From a virus (Duplodnaviria > Heunggongvirae > Uroviricota > Caudoviricetes): 33,831 nt of DNA. Each line of letters opens with the position of its first letter. Within the stretch, counting starts at the first letter, position 1. The stretch lies in the IMG/VR virus record IMGVR_UViG_2681813321_000006; one strand, written 5' to 3'. This document shows, one piece after another, positions 20,449 to 27,235 of the stretch. The position numbers and the translations under genes are program-made. The notes under the pieces are model-generated. The model made no database searches. It was not told where the DNA came from and was given only the letters and a program-made list of their open reading frames with translations.

Positions 20449-20973
20449 TTACCGGGACTGTTCTATTTGTCGGACACCAGCCAACTGGTTATTCGCCTTC
20501 TCGATGGCTGCCAACAGTGGGTTAATCCACAGAACAGCCTGGCAATATGTCAACGTTCTGGTGGTAGTGGCACGATCACCGGCTGAGTCAATGTCCCCGG
20601 AATCGGCGTGCAATGCGCTGGCGCGTAAACGGTTCGCGTAGTTGAGCAACCCGACAGCAATATCAACAGGAACAGGGAAATCACAGTTCTTTTCACGGAG
20701 CAGAACCTCACGGTATTTGATGACTGTCTTCTCGTGACCGATGTCGACCAGAGAATTTAATCGGCTTGCGTTTTCTGCTATCTGGTTAAAACGATTGAAG
20801 TTTAATGCCTGATTAGCTATCACTTTCCCTTGATATTCAGCTTCACCTTCCGCTTTATCAGCCCGCAACTTTTCTGCCTGATACTTGCTGTGGTAATGGT
20901 TTGCAGACCAGACGAGCGCCCCAAAGGCAGAGAAGAAAAATGCCGCGATGACAATCTTATAAGTCAGCTTCAT
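20449..20973 (-). CDS. Rz: Rz-like i-spanin
   Basis: 174-aa ORF after the endolysin with an N-terminal TM anchor (IVIAAFFFSAFGALVW) and helical periplasmic domain; contains an embedded +1-frame lipoprotein ORF. Confidence 0.65.
   Translation of the reverse strand: MKLTYKIVIAAFFFSAFGALVWSANHYHSKYQAEKLRADKAEGEAEYQGKVIANQALNFNRFNQIAENASRLNSLVDIGHEKTVIKYREVLLREKNCDFPVPVDIAVGLLNYANRLRASALHADSGDIDSAGDRATTTRTLTYCQAVLWINPLLAAIEKANNQLAGVRQIEQSR
20550..20696 (-). CDS. Rz1: Rz1-like o-spanin lipoprotein embedded in Rz (+1 frame)
   Basis: Hand translation of the +1 frame gives (GTG)MKRTVISLFLLILLSGCSTTRTVYAPAHCTPIPGTLTQPVIVPLPPER: lipobox LLSGC, Pro-rich mature part, 48 aa, GAGG upstream. Confidence 0.55.
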   Translation of the reverse strand: MKRTVISLFLLILLSGCSTTRTVYAPAHCTPIPGTLTQPVIVPLPPER

Positions 20974-21433
20974 TTACCACCCCACCAGCATCTTTAAACC
21001 TGGAAATCAGGTCACCGATTTTATGTTCATACTGACCGTAACCTGCACCAGGTAACGACGCCCAGATATTGCTGCAACGGTCGATTGCCTGACGAATATC
21101 GCCACGGTCAATCATCGGTAAAGCGCCACGCTCTTTAATCTGCTGCAGCGCCACAGCGTCCTGACTTTCTGGCGAAAAATCTTTCAGGCCAAGCTGCTTG
21201 CGGTAGGCATCCCACCAGCGTGAAAGAAGCTGATACCGGCCTGCGGCTGTTGATTTAAGCTTCGGGTTTAGCGTGACAAGTTTGCGAGGGTGATCGGAGT
21301 AATCAGTGAACAACTCACCTCCGACGATAACGTCATAACCGTGATTACGTGTCGGTTGTCGCCCGTTATCCGTTCCTTCTGACCATGCCACCATATCCAG
21401 GAAAGCTTTGCGTTGGGAATTTAGTGTCTGCAT
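20957..21433 (-). CDS. R: Endolysin, lambda R-like lytic transglycosylase
   Basis: 158 aa; near-identical over most of its length to my recollection of lambda R (QRKAFLDM.AWSEGTDNGRQ.TRNHGYDVIVGGELFTDYSDHPRKLVTLNPKLKST). Sits between holin and Rz. Confidence 0.85.
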   Translation of the reverse strand: MQTLNSQRKAFLDMVAWSEGTDNGRQPTRNHGYDVIVGGELFTDYSDHPRKLVTLNPKLKSTAAGRYQLLSRWWDAYRKQLGLKDFSPESQDAVALQQIKERGALPMIDRGDIRQAIDRCSNIWASLPGAGYGQYEHKIGDLISRFKDAGGVVNEADL

Positions 21434-21436
21434 GAA

Positions 21437-21778
21437 TTACTCCTTAGAGCCACCAAACTTGTTACCGATTACTCGCATTGCAGCCCCACGAATAGCATCG
21501 ACACCGATCAGCCCAACACCACCACCAATGGCAACAGAAAGAGATTTAGGCCATCCAACATACTCAAGAGCGGATGCAAAGGTCAGCGTCAGAGCACCAC
21601 AGAGCAAAATCTCAAGCGTTTTTCGTTTCCAGCCGCCGCCACCGCCAAAATAGGCAATGCGCAAGCCAGCCATAACAATTGACATAACCACTGCGCCCAA
21701 CGGCGTATCTCCACGCCACCAACTTTGTAAGAGTTCCAGTAAGTCAGGCCAGGAATGAGGAGCATTGTGCATTTTCAT
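21437..21778 (-). CDS. Class I holin with dual-start (Met-Lys-Met) motif
   Basis: Three predicted TM segments. Track start 21796 lacks an RBS; ATG-AAA-ATG at 21778-21770 is preceded by GGAGGTG, mirroring the lambda S dual-start arrangement. Confidence 0.65.
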   Translation of the reverse strand: MKMHNAPHSWPDLLELLQSWWRGDTPLGAVVMSIVMAGLRIAYFGGGGGWKRKTLEILLCGALTLTFASALEYVGWPKSLSVAIGGGVGLIGVDAIRGAAMRVIGNKFGGSKE

Positions 21779-21878
21779 ACTTCCCACCTCCGCCATTACG
21801 GGGTGTTGTTGAAAGGCGGGCCCTGCGTATACGCCCGTAGGATTGGGTTATGAGCCGTCCTTCGGTGGGCCCTGAATA

Positions 21879-21902
21879 CAAAAAAAGTTCGCCATAGCGA
21901 AC
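21879..21902 (-). terminator. Intrinsic terminator upstream of the holin (late-operon leader, tR'-like)
   Basis: Minus-strand RNA GUUCGC-UAUG-GCGAAC followed by UUUUUUUGUAUUC. Confidence 0.65.
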
Positions 21903-22129
21903 CTTGTTAAATTTGTTAAAAAAGGAAGTTATTTAACATAATGTACGTTATAGGAACCACACGATCCCCGCTCGCAATAGATTTGCGATGAAAGGCCTAT
22001 TTAATCAACTTAAGTGGTCCAGAATGACGAAATTCGAGTGAATAAAAGGTGCATAAAAAAGGGCAAAAACTGCATAGCGTTTTTTCGCAGCGAAAGCCCT
22101 GTTTTATTAGCTTTTCCCCAGAATGGGGC

Positions 22130-22156
22130 AATAAAAAAGGCCCCCTTGCGGAAGCC
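22130..22156 (-). terminator. Intrinsic terminator between Q region and lysis genes
   Basis: Minus-strand RNA GGCUUCC-GCAA-GGGGGCC (7-bp stem with two G.U pairs, GNRA loop) followed by UUUUUUAUU. Confidence 0.55.
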
Positions 22157-22223
22157 TCTTCGTGATGAACTGTTTTCAACAGATATCAGGCTAATCGGCT
22201 TTTTGGAATTCCACAACTATTTT

Positions 22224-22388
22224 TTATCTTACCTTGATGCCTGATGCCGTCAGATGTTTACGACAGTCCTGAATACCTTCGTTATAACCCGCATCGTAGA
22301 AGCTATCCGGCTTTGCCTTCAGCGCAGGAAGCGTAACGCTGGTAGCTCTTCGTTCGGCCAGAACACCTGCCTGAAAGAGTGTCCACAT
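22224..22388 (-). CDS. Small hypothetical protein (54 aa), second of a coupled pair downstream of Q
   Basis: ATG at 22386-22388 overlaps the stop of the upstream small ORF (TGATG). Product MWTLFQAGVLAERRATSVTLPALKAKPDSFYDAGYNEGIQDCRKHLTASGIKVR. Confidence 0.3.
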   Translation of the reverse strand: MWTLFQAGVLAERRATSVTLPALKAKPDSFYDAGYNEGIQDCRKHLTASGIKVR

Positions 22389-22564
22389 CAACTGAACTGC
22401 TGAATCACAGTAAGTAACATCTTCACTGTACAATTCTCGTTCAATCCGATGCCAAGTTGAGCCTTCATTGATGCGCCAATATTACCTTTGACCTGCAACG
22501 ACAGGTCTGGGTACCTCTGTTCCATGAAGCTTTCAAATCTGTTGCGAACGCTGATCAGAGCCAT
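22388..22564 (-). CDS. Small hypothetical protein (58 aa) immediately downstream of Q
   Basis: ATG at 22562-22564 with AAGGGA upstream, 31 nt after the Q stop. Product MALISVRNRFESFMEQRYPDLSLQVKGNIGASMKAQLGIGLNENCTVKMLLTVIQQFS. Below track cutoff; hand-translated. Confidence 0.3.
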   Translation of the reverse strand: MALISVRNRFESFMEQRYPDLSLQVKGNIGASMKAQLGIGLNENCTVKMLLTVIQQFS

Positions 22565-22595
22565 CTGGTTCCCTTACGTGATTGATTGCTGGATA

Positions 22596-23018
22596 TTATG
22601 CCGCCGAGCAGCTCCTACGCAAAGTCCTGATAGCCTGAGGCTTTGACTGAACCGACTGATCCATTTCGAGCACCACATCCAGCATGGCTAAGCAACCGTC
22701 AATAAATCCCTCTGCCGCCTGAAGCCTCTTCAGAACGTGGGTGTGAGATACGCCGAGCTTCTCACCCATCGCCCGCACGGGCATGGCCTGGACGTAATGC
22801 CACTCAAGGAGCGTGCACAGATACGGATCTTTTTTCTTCAGGCAGCTCATAGCGGAGTTGATGATAAGACCGTCATTGTCACTGCATTTCAGCCTTCCAG
22901 ACTGCGTCGCGGGTAGCAGATTCTTAAACCCGGCTGCAACAGGAGGAAAGTAGACGCTACCACCTTCACTCGCTGCCCAGCCACCCCAGCGCTCTAAAAC
23001 CTGTTGAATATTACGCAT
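22596..23018 (-). CDS. Q: Late-gene antiterminator, lambdoid Q-like
   Basis: 140 aa; N-terminal MRNIQQVLERWGGWAA... and overall pattern match my recollection of Phage_antitermQ-type proteins. Lies upstream of intrinsic terminators and the lysis cassette. ATG with GAGGT upstream. Confidence 0.75.
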   Translation of the reverse strand: MRNIQQVLERWGGWAASEGGSVYFPPVAAGFKNLLPATQSGRLKCSDNDGLIINSAMSCLKKKDPYLCTLLEWHYVQAMPVRAMGEKLGVSHTHVLKRLQAAEGFIDGCLAMLDVVLEMDQSVQSKPQAIRTLRRSCSAA

Positions 23019-23146
23019 AGCTCTGACCTCTACGTTTTGCTACGAAAAAATTTTCTGAGAACCACGTCTGTTTATCCGTGGGTGTGGATAACGCAGTTCC
23101 GATTCGCTTATTACACGCTGTTATGTGCAAAAAATTCCTTGTTCGG

Positions 23147-23319
23147 CCTGTACCAATCTGTACCCACCTGTACCAGCTCTTTTCAAACCTTTTCCCCAAG
23201 CGACTTATATATATATATGGGGTTCTTAGTAATTAGGTTGGTACAGATGGTACAGTTGGTACTGACCTTTAAATTCAATTAGTTAAAATGTACCAACCTC
23301 TATTTTGAGGCTGGTACAG
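23147..23319. repeat. Iteron-like array of the 7-mer CTGTACC/GGTACAG flanking a (TA)n tract; putative replication origin or regulator binding array
   Basis: Direct copies at about 23148, 23158, 23168 (10-bp phasing) and 23289; inverted copies at about 23240, 23249, 23258 (9-bp phasing) and 23313; TATATATATATAT at 23206-23218 between the arrays. Confidence 0.55.
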
Positions 23320-25492
23320 GTTGGGACACCGCCTCAAAAATTCGAGTCATTTTCCCCCCAATTCGCCTTTGGGCACGCTTATACCCGCAATTTTGCAAAA
23401 CATTACTAATTCGCATTTCTTCGCGTTTTCCGATGCGGTCAGGATTTAGCCCAATCGCATCACGCAAAACATCACTTGCGCGTAAAAATTCGCAATTTCG
23501 CGGAAGTTCATTAGTCATCAGGTCTGGCGTGTCGAGCCATTTCTCTACCGTTTCAAGCCAAGCATCCTTGATGGTGTACTGTTCATGGACACTCGCTGCC
23601 AGTTGTTCAGCCTCACGGAACTGGATACCCCCCAGACGCTGAAACACCTCACGAGCCTCAGCCCAAAGTAAAAGGAGATCTCTTTTTATCGCTTTCACGT
23701 CGACTTTCGACACTTCCACGGGGAGCCAGCGACGGTTACCAGTCTTGTCCGCAAGGAATTCGTCCTCATTGGTGGTACCAACGAACACCAGGCGACGAGG
23801 AAACTGGGTGGCGAACTCCCGGTATTTCGGGATCCAGTTTTCGTGAGTACGCGTCACAAACGCTTTGATTGACTCCAGCTCTTTGGTATTAAGTCCGCGC
23901 AGTTCACCAATCTCTGCCACCAGCCGACCACGCATTTTTCGAGCGAGATCATCGTCTTTTTCGGCAAAAGAGATTTCAGTAAAAAACGCAGGATCAGGGC
24001 TCAGTGCCTCCACTCCGGAAGACTTACCGCAGCCCTGCGGACCAACGAGGATCGGCACCATATCCGCTTTGATGCCTGGCTCCAGTACTCGCCCCGCCAA
24101 CGCGGTCCACATGTACATAGACACCGCACGGGTATAAGGCGTGTCGGCTGTACCGAAGTGCGTATGGTAGAAACATTCGATGCGCGGCACGCCATCCCAC
24201 TCCAGCCCGTTCAGCCAGGTAATCGCTGAATCGAATGGTTGTTCATCGGCTGCAAGTAACACCACATCGCGAATAAGTTCACGACCAACAGGTTTAAATC
24301 CCCGCTTTTCCATCGTGATGCGCAGGCGCGCATAATCCGCATCGGTGAATGCTCGCCATTGTCCGGATCCTGCAGAGGCAAACATGATTTCGTCGCGGAA
24401 CTGGTCAAAGCGAATATCGATGTCCACAAAATCAGGGCGTACTACTGCTTTGGCTGCGTTGCTGATGGTTGCCTCGATACGCCCCCATTTATCACGCTCG
24501 AAAGCAGGCAGCGGTAAAGGTTCCGCCACTTCGGTGCTGGTCAGATCTTCGAAATCGTCGTTGCGGATCCCGATGGCATTAAGGAAATCTCCGTCATCAC
24601 GATGCGCACAACTGGCATGCAGGCATTTAAAATGCCCCTGCTCAAAGCCCGCGGTTCCCGCAGGAAAATAAGCTGTGCTTGTTGGATCGCCCCCGCTACT
24701 GTGGCCGTCTTCAAACGGACAGCGGATATATCGTTCACCATTTGCGCCATCCAGCAGCGTCCAGCCATTGGCATCAAGATATTCAGCTGTATCATCCGTC
24801 GCGCCGGGCGTGAATGCTGATCGGTCGCGCATCTTCGTGTTGCCCGCTTCGGTGGTTACCGACACAGGGAGTTGTTCAGCCAGGCGCTGCCACAGCGTTT
24901 CAAGCTGCTCACCAGTAATAGCCGGAGGTTCATCCGGCAAACCACCGTCCCATTCAATACGCGCGCCGCTGCTGTGCGTACCACAGGCAACGAACTGCTG
25001 CCCGTTCGCCAGCAACTCGATAATGCCCATATCCCCCGCCAGGCGATGGATACGCTTACAGAAATCACCATCAACGGCCAGCAGATACAGACACTTATTA
25101 CTGTTTGCTCGCCAGCGTCGCGGCGGCAACTCCCCCAGAAGTTGCACAAGCGTTTTGCGAATATCTGCCTGAATGTCTTCATCTTCGCTATCGCAGTCCA
25201 GCGCCAGCCAGCCATGGCCTGTACGCACGCAGATGCCATAATCCGGTTCATTCGACCAGCGGGCAAAATCATGCTCAGTAACAACATACCCGGTCCATTG
25301 AGCAATACCGGTGACCTGGCGGTCCCGGTTATAGCGACTTGGCGTCTTACCCAGCGCTTTCAGTTTACTATCAGGGGATATGGTCGCACCGGGGTTACAT
25401 ACAACTGGGAGAAGATGATCAGTTCTCCCCAATACCAGGTCGAAATGAAACCACTCATCAGGCGTAGCTCCCCATGGTTTGCTATCGGACAT
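23300..25492 (-). CDS. Primase-helicase (N-terminal prim-pol-like domain, C-terminal P-loop D5/VirE-type ATPase)
   Basis: 730 aa. Walker A GPQGCGKS and Walker B-like RRLVFVGTTNEDE in the C-terminal half. N-terminal LALDCDSED (DxD) and CGTHSSG motifs fit AEP prim-pol domains. Start coupled 3 nt after the cro-like stop. Confidence 0.7.
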   Translation of the reverse strand: MSDSKPWGATPDEWFHFDLVLGRTDHLLPVVCNPGATISPDSKLKALGKTPSRYNRDRQVTGIAQWTGYVVTEHDFARWSNEPDYGICVRTGHGWLALDCDSEDEDIQADIRKTLVQLLGELPPRRWRANSNKCLYLLAVDGDFCKRIHRLAGDMGIIELLANGQQFVACGTHSSGARIEWDGGLPDEPPAITGEQLETLWQRLAEQLPVSVTTEAGNTKMRDRSAFTPGATDDTAEYLDANGWTLLDGANGERYIRCPFEDGHSSGGDPTSTAYFPAGTAGFEQGHFKCLHASCAHRDDGDFLNAIGIRNDDFEDLTSTEVAEPLPLPAFERDKWGRIEATISNAAKAVVRPDFVDIDIRFDQFRDEIMFASAGSGQWRAFTDADYARLRITMEKRGFKPVGRELIRDVVLLAADEQPFDSAITWLNGLEWDGVPRIECFYHTHFGTADTPYTRAVSMYMWTALAGRVLEPGIKADMVPILVGPQGCGKSSGVEALSPDPAFFTEISFAEKDDDLARKMRGRLVAEIGELRGLNTKELESIKAFVTRTHENWIPKYREFATQFPRRLVFVGTTNEDEFLADKTGNRRWLPVEVSKVDVKAIKRDLLLLWAEAREVFQRLGGIQFREAEQLAASVHEQYTIKDAWLETVEKWLDTPDLMTNELPRNCEFLRASDVLRDAIGLNPDRIGKREEMRISNVLQNCGYKRAQRRIGGKMTRIFEAVSQPVPASK

Positions 25493-25495
25493 GGG

Positions 25496-25708
25496 TTAAG
25501 CCTTTTTATCGTTTTGTGAGCCATACAACAGCCAATTAGGGTCGCAATCCAATGCTATAGACATTTCAAGAAGATAACGTGGCCGAGCAATAACACCACT
25601 TTCAATTCTGTTTATTGCCTGCTGGCTCACTCCTGTGAGCTCAGCCAACGTAACTTGCGTCATTTTGAGTTCTTTACGTCGTTCTTTTACTCGGGTCGCT
25701 AAGGTCAT
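25496..25708 (-). CDS. Cro-like HTH regulator (XRE family)
   Basis: Track start 25726 is TTG; ATG 25706-25708 has GAGGTG upstream. HTH MTQVTLAELTGVSQQAINRIESG. Divergent from the CI-like gene. Confidence 0.65.
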   Translation of the reverse strand: MTLATRVKERRKELKMTQVTLAELTGVSQQAINRIESGVIARPRYLLEMSIALDCDPNWLLYGSQNDKKA

Positions 25709-25828
25709 TGCTTTCACCTCATACAATTTTAGTGGTATTTAGCAACAACAAATGAGGTTTGTCAAATACAACAAAAATTGTTTTTAATGTGGGTATACAC
25801 ATTAATACAACCCAGAAGGACTAATCCC
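25709..25828. promoter_or_regulatory. Divergent cro/cI control region with operator-like repeats
   Basis: 120-bp AT-rich intergenic region. Perfect inverted repeat TTAATGTG-ggtata-CACATTAA at 25784-25805. ATACAA recurs at about 25721, 25766 and 25805. Confidence 0.5.
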
Positions 25829-26452
25829 ATGTCTCTCGCAGCCCGTTTTAAAGCACGTCGTTTGGAATTAGGAATGACTCAAGTGGAAGTAGCGAATTCT
25901 GCAGGGGTTAGCCAACAATCCATAGAATCCATCGAAAGTGGACGAACCAGAAAGCCACGCAATCTTCTGGATCTGGCTAAGGCCTTGAAATGTAGCCCAG
26001 ACTGGCTACTGAACGGTAAAAATATTATGCCTCTCGCGGAGATAAGTACCAGACGCATACCTATATTAAGTTACGTTCAGGCAGGAGAGCTTACAGAAGC
26101 AAGAGACATAACAGATCTGACAGGGGAATTTGAATATATTTTGGCAGACTCTGACATTCCAGAAACATGCTTCGCATTACGTATTGATGGCGACAGCATG
26201 CAACCAGAGTTTAAAGAAGGAGACATTGTTATCATCGATCCTGATCTATGTCCTGCACCAGGGGAGTTTGTTGTCGCCAAAAACGACGGTCACGAAGCTA
26301 CATTTAAAAAATACCGTCCATTAGGAATCGGCATCGACGACTTTGAATTAATCCCCCTAAATCCTGATTACCCTATTTTTCGTAGTGCAGATATGAACTT
26401 ACAGATCATAGGTGTAATGATCGAACACCGTATTTACCGCCGTAAACGTTAG
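25829..26452 (+). CDS. CI-like repressor (HTH plus S24/LexA-type autopeptidase domain)
   Basis: Refined ATG 25829 with GAAGGA upstream. N-terminal HTH MTQVEVANSAGVSQQSIESIESG; C-terminal GDSM (catalytic Ser) and downstream Lys (VVAKNDGHEATFKKY) as in lambda CI/LexA. Confidence 0.8.
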   Translation: MSLAARFKARRLELGMTQVEVANSAGVSQQSIESIESGRTRKPRNLLDLAKALKCSPDWLLNGKNIMPLAEISTRRIPILSYVQAGELTEARDITDLTGEFEYILADSDIPETCFALRIDGDSMQPEFKEGDIVIIDPDLCPAPGEFVVAKNDGHEATFKKYRPLGIGIDDFELIPLNPDYPIFRSADMNLQIIGVMIEHRIYRRKR

Positions 26453-26471
26453 TATTCCCACCGTAAATATC

Positions 26472-26491
26472 GGGAGGCGTAACAGCCTCCC
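26472..26491 (+). terminator. Stem-loop downstream of cI (terminator-like, weak U-tract)
   Basis: GGGAGGC-gtaaca-GCCTCCC, 7-bp perfect stem, 20 nt after the cI stop; followed by TTACCCCATTTG rather than a clean T-run. Confidence 0.4.
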
Positions 26492-26498
26492 TTACCCC

Positions 26499-26518
26499 AT
26501 TTGTAAAGTCTTACAAAT
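26499..26518. promoter_or_regulatory. 20-bp palindromic operator-like site ATTTGTAA-agtc-TTACAAAT
   Basis: 8-bp perfect inverted arms, 4-bp spacer, immediately after the cI-distal hairpin and upstream of the rightward replication operon. A related inverted repeat ATACAA-N6-TTGTAT lies at about 26587-26604. Confidence 0.45.
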
Positions 26519-26774
26519 TAAATTCACTTAAATATCAATAAAGTAGTATTCACACCCCACAAAATACCACGTTTGCGGTTTACACAATACAACTCAAATT
26601 GTATCTTTAGCCACAAGTCGAACGGCGCGACTCTAAACCATGCGTCGGGACCGTGGCGGGACAGGATGTCGGCAATACGGGTCAGTAAGTTCCCTTTGGG
26701 GTGCGGCGAAGCACTGCCTACTGATACAAGTCGAAGCCGCCGAACCACCAAAGTGAACTGAATGAGGAAACGGC

Positions 26775-26969
26775 GTGAAAACATATAAACCGCTCAAAGG
26801 TGAATGCCCTGCTTGCCAAACACAGCTTCAGACACCAAAGCCAAAACGATACCAAATCAACGAATGTTATGAGCACTGCCCTGGATGTGGTGCTTTCCTG
26901 CATACCATTGCAACGCACTGGCGTGTCCGCTTCAACCTTGTGGTACCACGTACGCACAATACCAACTGA
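26775..26969 (+). CDS. Small zinc-ribbon-like protein
   Basis: 64-aa ORF, GTG start with GAGGA upstream. Two CxxC pairs (CPAC, CPGC) about 20 residues apart; followed by an intrinsic terminator. Confidence 0.4.
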   Translation: MKTYKPLKGECPACQTQLQTPKPKRYQINECYEHCPGCGAFLHTIATHWRVRFNLVVPRTHNTN

Positions 26970-27000
26970 ATCATCCATGTAATTGCTGTGTGTAGTCTTT

Positions 27001-27026
27001 GCCCGCCGCAAGTGACGGGCTTTTTT
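27001..27026 (+). terminator. Intrinsic terminator after the zinc-ribbon ORF
   Basis: GCCCG...CGGGC stem followed by TTTTTTAT. Confidence 0.5.
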
Positions 27027-27085
27027 ATGTCTGAAAGCGCACTCGCAACAGCGCGCTCCCCGATATGAAAAAAGGAATACAACCG

Positions 27086-27235
27086 ATGAAACCTGAACAC
27101 CTCTATCGACTGACGGGGCGCGATGTTCTCCGTTATCGCCGTAAAAACTTCGATTTGATGACCGGTCTGGCCGTTGCCACTGCGCTCGGTCTGATCATCA
27201 CTTTCATTCTCCTTGTTGCGAGGACCACAGTATGA
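27086..27235 (+). CDS. Small single-pass membrane peptide (49 aa), translationally coupled to the next gene
   Basis: ATG 27086 with AAGGA upstream. Product [49 protein letters not shown] has a basic N-terminus and one C-terminal TM helix. Stop TGA overlaps the ATG of the 300-aa ORF (ATGA). Below track cutoff. Confidence 0.3.
   Translation: MKPEHLYRLTGRDVLRYRRKNFDLMTGLAVATALGLIITFILLVARTTV

Noticed and set aside
22010-22216. 60-76-aa ORFs on both strands in the Q-to-holin leader
   Set aside because: They overlap the intrinsic terminators and AT-rich leader, have low-complexity translations and no RBS; the region is better explained as regulatory RNA/DNA.
24872-25519. 215-aa plus-strand ORF antisense to the primase-helicase gene
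   Set aside because: Fully contained in the opposite strand of a gene with clear Walker motifs; composition typical of GC-rich antisense frames.
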